Part shown: one piece after another, positions 24,112-27,314 of the stretch
How positions within the stretch are numbered: position 1 is the first letter of the stretch
Layout of the letters: each line of letters starts with the position of its first letter
Made by a program: the position numbers and the translations under genes
Source: Candidatus Bathyarchaeum sp.
Lineage (GTDB): Archaea; Thermoproteota; Bathyarchaeia; Bathyarchaeales; Bathyarchaeaceae
NCBI GenBank assembly: GCA_026014495.1
Contig: JAOZIF010000106.1
Span: 1-27,314 of the forward strand
Length of the DNA: 27,314 nucleotides
Direction: 5' to 3'
Notes under the pieces: generated by a model
Database searches by the model: none
The model's input: only the letters and a program-made list of their open reading frames with translations
What the model was told of the DNA's origin: nothing

Positions 24112-25311
24112 CTATGCTTTCGCATCCATAAGTCCTGGATTATTTTTTATGCCTCTGGCAAGAATTGGCGGAAGGATAAGCGTAGTTATTAGACTCATCG
24201 ATACTAGGGCAGAGAAAATCTCTGGAGAAATTAAGCCATACTGTATTGCAATCAATGCAATCACCAATTCTGCTGCGCCTCTTGAGTTCATTGCCCAGCC
24301 TACATAGTAGAGTTGTTTCCAGCTTAGGCTAGAGACTGGTTTAACAATTAATGTTCCTATAATCTTTCCAACAGTTGCAATTGTTACTGTTATTGCTATC
24401 ATGGGTATGTTGGCAAGAAATGTGTCGATGTCAAATGTTAATCCAACGTTTACGAAAAAGAATGGAACAACAAAGCCCATTGCAATAAGTTTGATTACAT
24501 TTAGCAACTGTTTTCGGTTCTTTTTGCTGATTTTTTTCATTGATGCCTGCAGTAGAAAACCTCCGAGAATAGCACCAATCAAGTAGCCCACGTTCAAGGA
24601 TTCGGAAAGAGCTGCAAGAACCAGAATGAAAATGAGCACTATAGAAAACAGTTCTGTTTCTTCACCTGTTTTTTTGTCTAGGTTCTGTAGAACTTTTGAA
24701 ATTATCTTGAACGCGATGAACGCAATTACAAGGAAGACAATCATTTCTACGGGAATCATTGCTAAATCAAGTAAGCTTCCGCCCTTTGCCAAGACTACTA
24801 CTAGCGCCAAAAATAGTACTTCAAAGATGTCGTCTATTGCGCCTGCGGCAAGCATTATTGCTCCCAGTCGGGTGTTTAAGACGTTAAAGTCCATGAGCAC
24901 CTTAACGTTTGTTCCTTCGGAGGTAACCATCAGTGCACCCCCAAAAATGACGCCTGCCATAAAGCCTTGTTCAGGGAAAAGTAACATGATAAAAATGAAG
25001 CCCAGTGCAAATGGAATTAGCGCAGAGCAAATTGATATGAGAATTGAATCTCTTGATGTCTCCTTTATTTTTTCGATTTCAATCTCTAATCCTGCCAAAA
25101 AGAGAAGCAGTAGTATTCCAAGTGTAGCCAAAAAATCGATTATTACAAGCGTTGATCCTTCGCCGAAGAATAGTTCCTTTAATGCTGGGATTCCAAACAT
25201 TAGGCCTGCGAGTATTTGTCCAATAACTGATGGCAAGCCAATTTTTTTGAACATCTCACCGAGTATGAATGCGGCAATCAGAATGATGGGTACAATTGCT
25301 AATATTTCCAT
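24112..25311 (-). CDS. CPA2-family cation:proton antiporter (NapA-like)
   Basis: G..LLLFLAGLE; VTS; AGAIDD; GAILGG; FVVPFFFV.VG; GK..G; MNSRGA.EL. Confidence 0.9.
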   Translation of the reverse strand: MEILAIVPIILIAAFILGEMFKKIGLPSVIGQILAGLMFGIPALKELFFGEGSTLVIIDFLATLGILLLLFLAGLEIEIEKIKETSRDSILISICSALIPFALGFIFIMLLFPEQGFMAGVIFGGALMVTSEGTNVKVLMDFNVLNTRLGAIMLAAGAIDDIFEVLFLALVVVLAKGGSLLDLAMIPVEMIVFLVIAFIAFKIISKVLQNLDKKTGEETELFSIVLIFILVLAALSESLNVGYLIGAILGGFLLQASMKKISKKNRKQLLNVIKLIAMGFVVPFFFVNVGLTFDIDTFLANIPMIAITVTIATVGKIIGTLIVKPVSSLSWKQLYYVGWAMNSRGAAELVIALIAIQYGLISPEIFSALVSMSLITTLILPPILARGIKNNPGLMDAKA

Positions 25312-25650
25312 GTCTAGTTCACCCGAAAATTCGATTTACTCAGTGACTTATTCAAAGTCAGTAGGCTATTGTCTATAAGCTTTTCTAGTTGTAAAATCAT
25401 CATTTTTGTCAACACCCGCGATTATTCAACTGTTGAGCATTAGCGTTTCCAATTGTTGAAGCTAAATGTGCGCGTAGCACCTGAATTTTGTGCAACTGCA
25501 TTTGGACCTTTTTTCTGAGACACGCCTCAACATTTCCTGTTTTTCTGTCCTGAAGGCAGAGCATTGGATTTAAGTTTTTCGTCTAAAGATATATATGTGA
25601 ACGATTGGATTAATCAAAGTTAATGAAATTTAAATTGCTGGTACAGTTTC

Positions 25651-26730
25651 ATGTCAGAGACAAGAAAAATCCAAAAAATAGGCAACACACTATACATATC
25701 AATTCCTAAATCTTGGACAAACACCTTAATGTTGAAACATGGAGAAAAAGTTACGTTAGTTACCCAACAAGACGGCTCAATCTCGATTTATCCAAAACCT
25801 GAAGACAGCCAACGCCGCGAAATAACCTTGACCATGACTAGCAAAAGCTCCAGTCAATCCCTTAAACGAGGAATTATTGCAGCTTATTTGGATGGTTTTG
25901 ATACAATTGAACTCAAGACTGAAACAACATTCACTGAAGACCAGCATGAATCTATCCGAAAAACAATCAACAGCCTGTTTGGTTTGGAAGTAATTGAAGT
26001 AACAGGCAATAGAATGATGATTGTGTGTTTGCTCAAACAAACTATGCCTGTTAACAAGGCGATAACTCGGATTCATAATGTGATTTTATCTATGTTTGGT
26101 GAGACAATTTCTGCCATAAAAACACAGAACACTGATCTAACCAAAGGTTTAACTCGAAGAACCAAAGACATCAAAAGGCTTTTGCTTGTTACTAACCGTT
26201 TGCTCAGAAGCTCTATATTGTTCCCAAAGCCATCCCAGACTGACGACATAACTTTGATTGATTGTGTAGATTACCTGCAGATTCTTCACATAACATCGGA
26301 GATAACTGGAAATCTAAACAAAATCGCCGAAAACATTAACTCATTAGCAGAAAACCAGTTGCCCCCGCCAATAATGAAATCTCTAGTTGAAACAGGCAAC
26401 AATATCCAAAACCTGTATGACAGTTCCGTGCAAGCCCTATTGTCCAAAGACATTCCTTTAGCAAACAATGTTTTAGACGCCTCATTTGACCTCGAAACTC
26501 TATGGAACACTTGTTTGCAAGCAAACGATAAAAAAGAACTTTCCAGTTTGACGCTAGCAAACCTGCGAATAGTTATCGACAGCCTAGAACAAATACAACA
26601 ACACACCCACGAAATTGCTAACACATCAATTGACCGCACCGAAGCTGCTAACGCAAGAGCATCAACACTGGAAGCACCTTCAAAGAAAAAACAATCAATC
26701 TTCGGAAAGAAACTAGGCAATACCCGATAA
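25651..26730 (+). CDS. phoU: Archaeal AbrB/SpoVT-PhoU phosphate uptake regulator-family protein
   Basis: RKIQKIGNTLYISIPKSW...L..GE.V...DGS..IYP N-terminal domain; IAAYLDGFD.I; GLEVIE; two helical PhoU-like repeats. Confidence 0.82.
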   Translation: MSETRKIQKIGNTLYISIPKSWTNTLMLKHGEKVTLVTQQDGSISIYPKPEDSQRREITLTMTSKSSSQSLKRGIIAAYLDGFDTIELKTETTFTEDQHESIRKTINSLFGLEVIEVTGNRMMIVCLLKQTMPVNKAITRIHNVILSMFGETISAIKTQNTDLTKGLTRRTKDIKRLLLVTNRLLRSSILFPKPSQTDDITLIDCVDYLQILHITSEITGNLNKIAENINSLAENQLPPPIMKSLVETGNNIQNLYDSSVQALLSKDIPLANNVLDASFDLETLWNTCLQANDKKELSSLTLANLRIVIDSLEQIQQHTHEIANTSIDRTEAANARASTLEAPSKKKQSIFGKKLGNTR

Positions 26731-26741
26731 TGTAACTTGCC

Positions 26742-27050
26742 TTACGCATTTATTGTAATGATGTGTTTTTTTTGGATGTGCTTGTGTCCGCATTCACATT
26801 CAAAACCCACTATTTTCTCGTTGCGAACTATTTCACGCCACCCATCTGCATTGCATTGCATTTGTTGCTTGTGAACTTTCCATAATGTCTCAGCTTCTTT
26901 TGTAGTCAACGGAACAACACGTTTTGCTGACAACAAAAACCAAGCAGTAGCCAAACCTAGACTCAACCATATAGCAGGTATTAGTACTCCAGAACTGAAC
27001 AGGGCATCTAAGATTTGTGCCATATCTTCCACATCAATGTATCTTAACAA
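26742..27050 (-). CDS. Small hypothetical membrane-anchored protein with a C-terminal His/Cys cluster
   Basis: One TM helix (VLIPAIWLSLGLATAWFLL), then WKVHKQQMQC...FECECGHKH. The start may be a downstream Met. Confidence 0.65.
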   Translation of the reverse strand: MLRYIDVEDMAQILDALFSSGVLIPAIWLSLGLATAWFLLSAKRVVPLTTKEAETLWKVHKQQMQCNADGWREIVRNEKIVGFECECGHKHIQKKHIITINA

Positions 27051-27314
27051 GAACTGTGGAAAAATCCCTTTTAAGAGATATGAATGTTGAATACAGATGT
27101 AATCATTAATAGCGTTACTTCACTATTTTTTTATACAAACATCTGTGACACAAATTAAATGGATAAACTATAAACAAAATTCCAATCACAAATGAAATTT
27201 TGTGTTGTTGTGTGTCGTTTATTCACATGTTTGTGCGGCATATTAGTCTCCTAATAGAGGTTCATTGTTGAAAACTAGCTTTTTTTCTGAAATTTTTTGC
27301 ACAGCACACATTTG

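Noticed and set aside
24626-25378. 250-aa + strand ORF, and the other overlapping ORFs (e.g. 5469-5846, 5880-6275, 6542-6949, 9990-10427, 16291-16698, 26286-26720)
   Set aside because: Antisense or alternate-frame shadows of well-supported genes, with no recognisable motifs.
1-27314. tRNA, rRNA, CRISPR arrays, transposases or integrases, defence systems
   Set aside because: No T-loop/anticodon cloverleaf, repeat-spacer periodicity or mobile-element protein motifs were seen by eye.

Overview
Archaeal chromosomal window, AT-rich, most likely Bathyarchaeia (inferred from gene content: a large secreted PQQ-like propeller protein, an arcadin-1 homolog, a DUF3227-like protein, AbrB-PhoU and GGTGA/AGGAG-type RBSs). 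The left third holds two membrane-anchored surface proteins, an MscS/CaCA/MscS ion-homeostasis trio, a PUA-like protein, arcadin-1, acylphosphatase, a candidate ~110-nt structured RNA and SurE. The core (11.3-22.6 kb) is a tight operon in complex I/Fpo gene order (A-B-CD-H-I-J-K-L-M-N). Its CD subunit keeps both [NiFe]-binding CxxC motifs and a cleavable C-terminal tail, so this is a group 4 energy-converting hydrogenase rather than a quinone reductase. It is followed by an FpoF/FrhB-like F420-binding-family flavoprotein fused to a CBS pair. The membrane arm is unusual: the N-like subunit has acidic residues at three normally Lys/Lys/His axis positions, the M-like subunit lacks its TM8 Lys, the L-like lateral helix carries a 26-aa tandem repeat, and the J-like subunit has an MbhE/MrpB-type motif. 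The right end has USPs, a CPA2 Na+/H+ antiporter, AbrB-PhoU and a small Cys/His membrane protein. No rRNA, tRNA, CRISPR array or mobile element was seen. All family calls are from motif recognition by eye; no searches were run.
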